Assembly: GCA_023475345.1 (NCBI GenBank)
Contig: JAMCWD010000040.1
Coordinates: 22,137 to 86,136, forward strand
Source of the DNA: Chloroflexota bacterium
Lineage (GTDB): Bacteria > Vulcanimicrobiota > JAMCWD01
Reading direction: 5' to 3'
Length of the DNA stretch: 64,000 bases
In this document: piece after piece, positions 17,405 to 25,203 of the stretch
How the letters are laid out: each line of letters begins with the position of its first letter
Numbering within the stretch: position 1 is the stretch's first letter
Notes under the pieces: generated by a model
The model's database searches: none
The model's input: the letters and a program-made list of their open reading frames with translations, nothing else
Told to the model about the DNA's origin: nothing
Translations under genes and position numbers: made by a program

Positions 17405-17803
17405 ATGACGATTTTCTGGCTTATAATTGACAGACTGATCGGGGCCGGCCTTGTATGGTACGTCCTCCACTTAATGGGCCAGACGCATAATGCGGTTATT
17501 TGTATGGGCGCGATTATACTCGGTGCGTTGACGAGTTTTCTCAGAAGAGACACGGACCTGCCCATCATAAGAACTTTGATGTGGCTTGCTTATGTAGGCG
17601 TATCCGTCCTGTTTTTTTGGATTATGTATCATGATGTCTATGTTGCAGGCAACCCGACGGGATTTAAAAACCTGCTCGTTTACCTGTTAATCGCCTACAA
17701 GGTCATCCAGTCATTCGAGCTGCCCGAAACCAAGGATCTTTTCTTCTCAACGGCGCTTTCCCTGATCCTTGCAGTGCTTTATTTCTACTGGAATTTCTCC
17801 TGA
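17405..17803 (+). CDS. Hypothetical integral membrane protein
   Basis: 132 aa with four hydrophobic helices. No recognisable motif. Confidence 0.6.
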   Translation: MTIFWLIIDRLIGAGLVWYVLHLMGQTHNAVICMGAIILGALTSFLRRDTDLPIIRTLMWLAYVGVSVLFFWIMYHDVYVAGNPTGFKNLLVYLLIAYKVIQSFELPETKDLFFSTALSLILAVLYFYWNFS

Positions 17804-17874
17804 TAAAATAACGCCCGGTTTTTTGCCGGGCGCCATCAGAAGTCTTTATTCGATTACCTGTCCTTTTTAATACT

Positions 17875-18729
17875 TCATTTCCAGAGGGCGACTTTTTTCA
17901 AAGCACGCTCCATCAGCACTCCAGTCATTTTACAACGGTATCCTTCCGTCGAGCGGAGGTCGTCTATGGGACATGATTCGGTCTGGATCAGGGTTCCCGA
18001 TTCGGCGATAAGGCTGTCGTTCAATTCTTTGCCTGCCAGCATCTCCTCACAACGGGGTGCATGGATTACAGTCGGCGCAACGGCTCCGAGGGCGATCTTT
18101 ACGTCATGAAGCCTCCCTACTTCCAATGTGCAGGAAAGCGCGAGGGAAACCTTGCTTATGGCAAGCGTCTTGCGCTGTCCCAGCTTGAGGAAGCAGCCCC
18201 TTGCGCCTTCTTTTTTCGGAAAAGAAAAACCTGTAATTATTTCTTTTTCTTTACAGACCGTTTTGCCTGGGCCGGTGAAAAATTTTTCAAGCGGCAGTGA
18301 CCTGGGGCCCGCGGGGCACTCCAGGTGGATTGTAGTGTCAAGTGTATAAAGGGCCGTAACGCAATCTCCGGCGGGAGAGGCGTTGCCCGAATTTCCGCCG
18401 ATGGTTCCCCGGTTTCTTATCTGGGGGCTGCCCACCTGTGATGCCGCGTCGCTCAGCGCCGGGGCGTATTTCTTAATAAGCGGATGTTCCGAAAGTGCAG
18501 TATGAGTTACGAGCGATCCGATATGAATGCTGTCCCCTTCGTCTTTTATCCCGGTCAATTCTTCGATCCCCGAAATGTCCAGCCATAATGCCGGCGGGAG
18601 CAACCTGTCTTTGGCCTTACAGACGAGATCCGTCCCGCCTGCAAGATAATACAAAGGCCCGGAATGACCGGATGCTTTTTCAAACGCTTCGGGAATGCTT
18701 TTAACTCTTTTAACGACTGCCTGGATCAT
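17875..18729 (-). CDS. FAD-binding (medium) subunit of a xanthine dehydrogenase / CO dehydrogenase family molybdoenzyme
   Basis: LAGGTDL, RNRGTIGGN and C-terminal DDLRSTEGYRCKM are typical of CoxM/XdhB-type FAD-binding subunits. Confidence 0.85.
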   Translation of the reverse strand: MIQAVVKRVKSIPEAFEKASGHSGPLYYLAGGTDLVCKAKDRLLPPALWLDISGIEELTGIKDEGDSIHIGSLVTHTALSEHPLIKKYAPALSDAASQVGSPQIRNRGTIGGNSGNASPAGDCVTALYTLDTTIHLECPAGPRSLPLEKFFTGPGKTVCKEKEIITGFSFPKKEGARGCFLKLGQRKTLAISKVSLALSCTLEVGRLHDVKIALGAVAPTVIHAPRCEEMLAGKELNDSLIAESGTLIQTESCPIDDLRSTEGYRCKMTGVLMERALKKVALWK

Positions 18730-19206
18730 CTACTTCACCTCCCGGGCGGCGTTCATGACCGCTTCCTCAATTTTCATATAACCGGTACAACGGCATATAT
18801 TGCCGGACAGCGCTTCCTTTATTTGTTTTCTATCGGGGTTCGGATTTTTCATAAGGAGAGCATAAGCCGTCATGATAAACCCCGGGGTACAGAAGCCGCA
18901 TTGTATTGCCCCGTTTTCCATGAAGGCGCGCTGGATGGGGTGGGGGTTTTCAAGATCGCCCAGCCCTTCTATGGTAAGGATCTCGGCGCCTTCAACCTGT
19001 GTGATCATCAACATGCAAGAACATACAGGCTCACCGTTCATAAGCACGGTACAGGCTCCGCATTCCCCCTTGCCGCACCCTTCCTTCGTCCCTGTGAGGT
19101 TCAGGCGCTCCCTCAATACTTCAAGCAGCGTATGGTGTGACGGGACTTCGACTTCCACGGGCGACCCGTTCAATATGAATGAAACTTTAACTTTTTCTGA
19201 CAGCAT
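18730..19206 (-). CDS. [2Fe-2S]-binding (small) subunit of a xanthine dehydrogenase / CO dehydrogenase family molybdoenzyme
   Basis: GCGKGECGACTV and QCGFCTPGFIM...GNICRCTGY form the two canonical 2Fe-2S motifs. Confidence 0.9.
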   Translation of the reverse strand: MLSEKVKVSFILNGSPVEVEVPSHHTLLEVLRERLNLTGTKEGCGKGECGACTVLMNGEPVCSCMLMITQVEGAEILTIEGLGDLENPHPIQRAFMENGAIQCGFCTPGFIMTAYALLMKNPNPDRKQIKEALSGNICRCTGYMKIEEAVMNAAREVK

Positions 19207-19353
19207 TGCATTATCACCTCGGAGTGTTTTTTTCTTCCCCGGAGTGCGACTTTCCTCTCAAGTAAAAATAAAAGGGAGCCGAAATTGTTCAGAACATGAG
19301 CCCGAAGCTATCCTGCGGCCAGCCATGGATAAGAAGATGTCCCGGCTGCCCGG

Positions 19354-21093
19354 TTACTTCCTGCTCATCATCTTTCCGACTTTTTTCTTTGCGGCGTCGA
19401 GAGCCTGCCCGATCTCGTACTTGATCATCTGCTGCCAGTAATGGCCGGTAACCCCCATCGATTCAAATTTTTCGAACCGTTCGGACAGCAGTTTCGACGG
19501 CGTTTTTTTCAGAAGCTTCCCCAGGTGATACAGGAGGCATGATTTCAGGTCGCCTGCGGCTGTCCGGAAATCCTGGCCTGCTCCCCCGACCGGCTCGGGG
19601 ACTATCTGGTCTATGATGTTCAGGTTCAAAAGGTCGGGCGCGGTCAGTTTGAGGGAGCCTGCCACTTCTTCGGCCTTGTCGGCGTCGCCCCAGAGTATGC
19701 TTGCGGCTCCTTCGGGAGATATGACCGAATATATTGCGTTCTCCTGCATCAATACGGCGTCTCCCACCGCAAGCGCTATCGCCCCGCCGCTTCCGCCCTC
19801 CCCTATTACCGAGCAAATTACCGGTATGGGGATGCTGCTCATCGTCGCAAGGCATTGGGCAAGCGTCATGGCTATGCCCCGCTGTTCCGATTCGAAACCG
19901 GGATAAGCTCCCGGCGTATCGACGAAAGTTAAAAGCGGGATATTGAACTTTGTTGCAAGCTCCATCATGCGGAGAGCTTTGCGGTAGCCTTCGGGACGGG
20001 CCATGCCGTGCCTCCTGAACTCCCTTTCTTCATCGTTCCTGCCCCGCTCTTCGCCGATGACTGCAACGGGGATGCCTTCCAGCGTCCCGACGCCGATGAT
20101 TATTGCCGGGTCGTCTCCGAAGTTTCTGTCCCCGTGCAGCTCGACGAAATCATCTATAAGGTATTCGATATAAGAAAGGCTTGTCGGGCGGTCAGGACGT
20201 CTTGCAAGCAGGACGGTTTCCCATGCGTCCTTTTTCCCGATTTTTTTCTTTTTGGGAGCCGGGTATTTCTTTACCTTCGGCTTTCCACCCGTCCCCAGGT
20301 GGCTTACGAGACACGAAAGCGTGCCTTTCAATTTCTTCCTGTCTTCGATGATGTCAATCATGCCGTGCTTTTTGAGAAACTCCGCCGTATGCGATTCCGG
20401 GGGGAGCCTTTCGCCGAATACCTGTTCGATGACCCTGGGACCGACAAATCCCACAAGCGCTCCCGGCTCCGATATTATCACGTCGCCAAGGGACGAAAAG
20501 CTTGCCGATATCCCGCCCGTGGTCGGGTCGGCCTGGACTGAAAGATACAACAGGCCGGAGCGGTCATGCCTTGCCGCCGCCGATGCTGTTTTGGCCATCT
20601 GCATGAGGGAAAGCATGCCTTCCTGCATCCTGGCCCCGCCCGAATTTACAACGCTAATCACCGGCAGCTTCTTCTCCCTTGCGCGCGAAAAAGCATACGA
20701 CACCTTCTCCCCGACAACAGACCCCATAGTCCCGCCCATGAATTCGAAATCCAGGAAGCAGAATACGGAGCGCGTCCCGTTTATATTCCCCTCCCCGATA
20801 ATACAACCGTCATGGAGACCTGTCTTTTCCTGTGCCTGTCTTATCCTCTCCATGTAAGTCTTGCGGTCTTTGAAATTAAGGGGATCAACAGAGGTCAAAT
20901 CTTTTTCCCATTCGGAGAACGTGCCGGCATCTACAACGAGCTTCACGCGCTCTCTTGCTGGCATGTGGAGGTGATGGTTACACTCGGGGCATAACATTGC
21001 GTTTTTGGAAAGCTCTGTCCTGTTGAATTCGTTCTGACATTCCGGGCACGAGATGAAATCCCAGTCGCCTGCGGAATCTGTTCCTTTTTTCAT
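19354..21093 (-). CDS. accD/accA: Acetyl-CoA carboxylase carboxyltransferase, fused beta (AccD) and alpha (AccA) subunits
   Basis: N-terminal AccD zinc ribbon CPECQNEF...CPECNHH and GGSMG-type motif (FMGGTMGSVVGEK). The C-terminal half has AccA motifs (RPEGYRKALRMMELATKFNIPLLTFVDTPGAYPG, GEGGSGGA). Confidence 0.9.
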   Translation of the reverse strand: MKKGTDSAGDWDFISCPECQNEFNRTELSKNAMLCPECNHHLHMPARERVKLVVDAGTFSEWEKDLTSVDPLNFKDRKTYMERIRQAQEKTGLHDGCIIGEGNINGTRSVFCFLDFEFMGGTMGSVVGEKVSYAFSRAREKKLPVISVVNSGGARMQEGMLSLMQMAKTASAAARHDRSGLLYLSVQADPTTGGISASFSSLGDVIISEPGALVGFVGPRVIEQVFGERLPPESHTAEFLKKHGMIDIIEDRKKLKGTLSCLVSHLGTGGKPKVKKYPAPKKKKIGKKDAWETVLLARRPDRPTSLSYIEYLIDDFVELHGDRNFGDDPAIIIGVGTLEGIPVAVIGEERGRNDEEREFRRHGMARPEGYRKALRMMELATKFNIPLLTFVDTPGAYPGFESEQRGIAMTLAQCLATMSSIPIPVICSVIGEGGSGGAIALAVGDAVLMQENAIYSVISPEGAASILWGDADKAEEVAGSLKLTAPDLLNLNIIDQIVPEPVGGAGQDFRTAAGDLKSCLLYHLGKLLKKTPSKLLSERFEKFESMGVTGHYWQQMIKYEIGQALDAAKKKVGKMMSRK

Positions 21094-21131
21094 GAAGAAT
21101 CTGCCTCCTTAATTAAAGTGGCCGGTGAAAT

Positions 21132-21845
21132 TCATCGGAGATTTTTCGAATACAGGATGATGTTGTTCACATCGTCCCAGATATTATCGGTAAGCACCTG
21201 TATTTCTTCGGGGGTTTTTTTAGCGCCTTCTTCCGTGATCTGTTTCGTTATTTCGCTTATGAGGCGGATCTTGTTCCAGCCGTCGGCTTTGTTCCTTGTA
21301 GCGGAGTACCATATCGCCCATGCGGTAACGGTTTTCAGGTGCTTGCTCCCCAGGTCGTTATGGAGCTTGCCGTTATCGTAAAGCAGGCGGGCAGTCCTGA
21401 TGAGTGAGATGGGAATCGAATATTCTTTTTCGCTTGAGTAAAGCGGGAGAACCCCATAGCGCGCAAGTTCGCTTTTGTCCTTGATATTTTCAGGCAAAGG
21501 CGGCGGGCTTAAATACGGGTCGAGGCAGTAGCCGGTGATTGTAAATTTCCCTCCGGGCGGGACGAGGCTTGCCTTTTGATCCCGGTCTATGATTACTTTC
21601 TGGTATTTTTCATTCTGCGGGACGAAAACCGTGCCTTCGTTGACAATGATATCGACCGGTTCTTCAACGCTGTACTTCACGGTGAAAACATCGCCTGCGG
21701 ATTCTCCCTTCCCCTCCATGTAAATCTTGATCCTGTCGTCTGAAGCCGCCTGGTAAAAAGATACAGCTTCATCCGCCGTTAAAGGCAGGATTGAGAGAAA
21801 AACCAGCATCAATAAAAATAACGATATTTTACTTTTCATGATCAT
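21132..21845 (-). CDS. Secreted hypothetical protein, paralogue A (YCLDP motif)
   Basis: ATG 21845 overlaps the upstream stop as ATGA (translational coupling). Signal peptide MIMKSKISLFLLMLVFLSILPLTA. TGYCLDPYLSPPP then TAWAIW. Confidence 0.7.
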   Translation of the reverse strand: MIMKSKISLFLLMLVFLSILPLTADEAVSFYQAASDDRIKIYMEGKGESAGDVFTVKYSVEEPVDIIVNEGTVFVPQNEKYQKVIIDRDQKASLVPPGGKFTITGYCLDPYLSPPPLPENIKDKSELARYGVLPLYSSEKEYSIPISLIRTARLLYDNGKLHNDLGSKHLKTVTAWAIWYSATRNKADGWNKIRLISEITKQITEEGAKKTPEEIQVLTDNIWDDVNNIILYSKNLR

Positions 21846-22558
21846 CTTTTGCGCGTGAGATCCATGAAATCCCACGATGTCTTAAACAGCTCCCCTCCTG
21901 AAGACTTTGCTATGACCTCCCCTTCCTCTATGCCTATCTTCTCAAGCATCAGGGAACTTTTTCTCCAGTAAGTCCCGGCGGAATATTGAAGATCCTTCGG
22001 GTGTACGAACGGGGCGAAGAAGTCCTTCATCATCTGTAAATCCATAGGCGTTGTGAGCTTCCAGACCGCCGCCTGGGTCGGGTAGTCGAGAAAATCGGGG
22101 ACGTCCAACGAACTCGGCCTGTCTTTGCTTGAATTCTTGAGAAGCTCATCAATCTTGCCGCCGGACGGGGACATAAGTTCGATATTCATTACATTTCCCG
22201 AAGGGGGGGATTTTTTCCTGGGGTCGAGGCCGAAAGTAACAAGCCTGATTTTTTTCTCGTAATGCGGGGCGACTGAAAACGCTTCGGACCTGCCCACTAT
22301 GAGATCGGTATCGCCGGGCGCAGAGCTTTTGAGTCTCATGCCGACAGGGATGCTAAGATTGAGATATTCGTTGCTGTCGTTCCTTAATGACAACTCCGCT
22401 TCCATCGGGTATCCCATGCTCACGATTCTCCAGTTTATAGAGATGTTTTTAACAGCTTCGTAAAACGGGTTGTACACGAGTTTGTCGGCGTGAACCTTTG
22501 AGGCGGCAAAAGATAAAATGAGAACCGCCAGTATGGTGTATCCGTATATTTTGCGCAT
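21842..22558 (-). CDS. Secreted hypothetical protein, paralogue B (TQAAVW motif)
   Basis: Likely start at MRKIYGYTILAVLILSFAASKVHA (22558; the track opens at 22612). TFGLDPRKKSPP then PTQAAVWKL. Same domain order as paralogue A. Confidence 0.7.
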   Translation of the reverse strand: MRKIYGYTILAVLILSFAASKVHADKLVYNPFYEAVKNISINWRIVSMGYPMEAELSLRNDSNEYLNLSIPVGMRLKSSAPGDTDLIVGRSEAFSVAPHYEKKIRLVTFGLDPRKKSPPSGNVMNIELMSPSGGKIDELLKNSSKDRPSSLDVPDFLDYPTQAAVWKLTTPMDLQMMKDFFAPFVHPKDLQYSAGTYWRKSSLMLEKIGIEEGEVIAKSSGGELFKTSWDFMDLTRKR

Positions 22559-22794
22559 AAATGCCGTCCCCACCGAAAATATTTTGTATAAACACATCCG
22601 ACCTGAATACACTTATATTAACATAACCGAAAGCCGGGGTTCAACCTGGGGTCAATGAATTTGTCACCGGACAGGGAAAATGTCACCCCCAAGTAATCTG
22701 AGAAAATGTTACTCCTTAAACGGACAGCGCAGAATTAAAGACCTCAGTTCTTGCTCCGGATCTGTGCGATTTATTATGAGAGCTTGTGCCGACC

Positions 22795-22846
22795 CGACAT
22801 TCCCCAAACCCCGACTCGGCCGAGTCGGGGATCATGGGGGTTGTCG
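22795..22846. repeat. Long imperfect palindrome (structured intergenic repeat)
   Basis: Perfect 11+11 palindrome ccccgactcgg/ccgagtcgggg (22809-22830), flanked by cgacattcccc / gggggttgtcg. Confidence 0.5.
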
Positions 22847-22903
22847 CGTAAGTAAAACTTCCGCATTAAAGTGGACAGATCCGCACTCTTCGTCATTCCC
22901 TTG

Positions 22904-22955
22904 CAGGAGGCTGTCTAAAAAGTCGGGTATAAAGCTAATCTCCTCCCCGGAGAGC
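22904..22955. repeat. Partial copy (left end only) of the 13.5-kb MITE-like element
   Basis: caggaggctgtctaaaaagtc equals the left TIR of 13529..13632. It is followed by gggtataaagctaatctcctcccc, as in the 25-kb copy (ggagataaagctattcccctccc). Confidence 0.5.
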
Positions 22956-23008
22956 CTTGAGCGAAGTCGAAAGGAGAGAAGTCGAAAGGCAGGATGACAG
23001 GAAGAAGA

Positions 23009-23032
23009 GGGGTTAGGGGTTAGGGGTTAGGG
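23009..23032 (+). repeat. (GGGGTTA)3GGG tandem repeat; four G-runs (G-quadruplex-capable)
   Basis: The sequence reads ggggttaggggttaggggttaggg. It sits in a purine-rich tract about 85 nt upstream of the HEAT-repeat gene start. Confidence 0.8.
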
Positions 23033-23115
23033 ATGAGAGAAGAGGGAAAAGAGAAGGGTTTGGGACTTGTATGGATAATTTTATTTCGGGATGAATTTTT
23101 ACGGGGGATAAAATT

Positions 23116-25005
23116 ATGAGTTTGAAAAAGGAAAATAAATCCGTCAGCCTTCTTAAGATAATCATAATTTTGTTGCTCGTTTCTTTTTGCCTGCCCGCCG
23201 CAGGATGTTCCAAACAGGATCGGATTAAAAATTTAATTAAAATGTATGATTATCCAAATTCGCATGTTGCCGACTGTGCGAATTTGACCCTGGAAGAGAT
23301 GGGAAATGCTACTTTCCCTTTCCTGATCGATGCTATGAAGAATAAAAGCCCGAGAATTCGTCATTATGCAGCAATGAAACTGGGAAAAATGCGCGCTCCC
23401 GGCTCGGCTGAACTTTTGCTTGCCGCTTTGAAGGACAAAGATGAAATGGCCCAGTGTGGGGCGGCATGGGGGTTGGGTTACTTAAAAAATCCCCGGACGG
23501 TCGAACCTTTAATAGCTTTTTTAAAAGATGAAAATCCGAAAGTAAGGATGGGGGCGGCATTTGCCCTGGGTATGATTAGAGACCCGCGTGCGGTTGATCC
23601 CTTGATTGCCGTTTTAAATGATAAGGACGATTATGTCCGATCGTGTTCGGCAGATGCACTGGGGAGAATAAATGATCCCCGTGCTGCGGTGCCTTTGAGA
23701 GCCGCTTTGAAGGATAAAAATAAAGATGTGCGTGAGCGGGCTTTGGAAGCACTTAAAGAAATAGGAGATCCCCGTGTGGTTGACTCGTTGATAGCCGCTT
23801 TGAAAGATACAGACGATTATGTCCGGAGAAGTTCTGCGGATGATCTGTGGAGGATAAAAGACCCGCGCGCGGTTGAGCCTCTGCTCGCCGCTTTGAAGGA
23901 TAAAGATGATCATGTCCGAGCAAGCGCGGCTACGGCACCGGGGGAGATAAAAGACCCGCGTGCTGTTAAGCCTTTGCTTGCTGCTTTGAAGGATACAAGC
24001 GATCAAGTCCGATCGAGTTCGGCATATGCACTGGGAGGAATAAAAGACTCTCGCGCTGTTGAGCCTTTAATTGCCGCTTTGAAAGATGAAAGCCCATTTG
24101 CCCGCTCGGGGGTAGCCTGGGCACTGGGAGAATTAAAAGATCCCCGGGCTGTGAAGCCATTAATTACAACTTTGAAAGATAAAGACTATTATGTCCGATC
24201 GTGTTCGGCAGATGCATTGGGGAAGATAAAAGATCCCCGCGCGGTTGAGGCTCTGCTCGCCGCTTTGAAGGATAAAGATGAGCATGTCCGGGCAAGCGCG
24301 GCAGATGCGTTGAAATCAATAAAAGACTCTCGTACTGCTGTTTACCCCGCCAGAGAAAGAGGTGCCGCTCCAGGTAATGAATCGAGAGCAATTAAAGACT
24401 CTCGCGCTTTTGAGTCTTTTATTGCCTTATTGAAAGATAAAAGTATGACAATGACTATGCGAGAATCGGTGGCAAGATCACTGGGAGAGACAAAAGATCC
24501 ACGCGCGGTCGAGCCTTTGATCGAAGTATTAAATGGTGAAAATTCTCTAACGCAAAATAATATAGGGGATTTATTGGGATGGCTGGGTGATATAAGGACA
24601 AAGATATCTGCATCTATATACAATCCTCTAATTATGTCTTTATTTAGCTACCCAGATTTCAGATCCAGCATTGCAGGGGCACTCAGCAAAATAAACGATC
24701 CGCGCGCGGCTGAAGTATTGAATAAAGGGCTGAAGGATCTGGACATTGATATTATCCGCGGAGCTTATAAGTATTTTATTGCCAGAGGCGAGCCGGGTTC
24801 GGAAGATATTCTCATATATACCATGAACGTCTCAGAAGAGTATTCATATAAAGGCTTTGAAATGGCTGCATGCTTTTTAAGTTCCGGCAATGAAAAATTG
24901 GCAAATGCAGCGCTCGAATGGACAAAAAGAAACCGAGAATTGGACATCCCGCCCCCCGACGAAGACTCTCCCAAATGGGGCAGTGCGCCCATCAACACTA
25001 AATAA
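23116..25005 (+). CDS. HEAT (PBS-lyase type) repeat lipoprotein
   Basis: Signal plus lipobox LPAAGC. About 12 or more repeats of DPRAVEPLIAALKDKDxxVRxxAAxALGxIK. Confidence 0.85.
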   Translation: MSLKKENKSVSLLKIIIILLLVSFCLPAAGCSKQDRIKNLIKMYDYPNSHVADCANLTLEEMGNATFPFLIDAMKNKSPRIRHYAAMKLGKMRAPGSAELLLAALKDKDEMAQCGAAWGLGYLKNPRTVEPLIAFLKDENPKVRMGAAFALGMIRDPRAVDPLIAVLNDKDDYVRSCSADALGRINDPRAAVPLRAALKDKNKDVRERALEALKEIGDPRVVDSLIAALKDTDDYVRRSSADDLWRIKDPRAVEPLLAALKDKDDHVRASAATAPGEIKDPRAVKPLLAALKDTSDQVRSSSAYALGGIKDSRAVEPLIAALKDESPFARSGVAWALGELKDPRAVKPLITTLKDKDYYVRSCSADALGKIKDPRAVEALLAALKDKDEHVRASAADALKSIKDSRTAVYPARERGAAPGNESRAIKDSRAFESFIALLKDKSMTMTMRESVARSLGETKDPRAVEPLIEVLNGENSLTQNNIGDLLGWLGDIRTKISASIYNPLIMSLFSYPDFRSSIAGALSKINDPRAAEVLNKGLKDLDIDIIRGAYKYFIARGEPGSEDILIYTMNVSEEYSYKGFEMAACFLSSGNEKLANAALEWTKRNRELDIPPPDEDSPKWGSAPINTK

Positions 25006-25015
25006 CACTGGAGCC

Positions 25016-25090
25016 CGGAGATAAAGCTATTCCCCTCCCAGGAGGGGAATTATCTCATGCCAAATTTTTGCAGAAACTTTTTAGACAGCC
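25016..25090. repeat. Copy of the MITE-like element lacking the left TIR
   Basis: cggagataaagctattcccctcccaggaggggaattatctcatgccaaatttttgcagaaactttttagacagcc aligns almost base-for-base with 13551-13626. Confidence 0.7.
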
Positions 25091-25203
25091 GCGCAAGGCG
25101 GGAATCCGGCGTAGAAGTCATAAATTTCAGGCTGTATTTGATTACCTACAATGAGACGGATGCGGCCGGGGACGAAAGCAATCTTTTTATTGGATAATCT
25201 TAT

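Noticed and set aside
17812-17832. Bidirectional terminator between 17405..17803 and 17875..18729 (cgcccgg-ttttttg-ccgggcg)
   Set aside because: The hairpin is real, but the T tract lies in the loop rather than after the stem on either strand. It is therefore not reported as a terminator feature.
23009-23032. Genuine telomere or linear-replicon end
   Set aside because: There are only three heptamer units, located internally between two ordinary genes. There is no terminal inverted repeat or telomere-resolvase context.
23400-24500. Regularly spaced ~93-102-nt nucleotide repeats at 23.4-24.5 kb, 26.6-27.9 kb and 34.9-35.9 kb that could be mistaken for CRISPR arrays
   Set aside because: They sit inside long intact ORFs. 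They correspond to HEAT (about 31 aa), TPR (34 aa) and WG (about 33 aa) protein repeats. The 'spacers' are as conserved as the 'repeats', and no cas genes are present.
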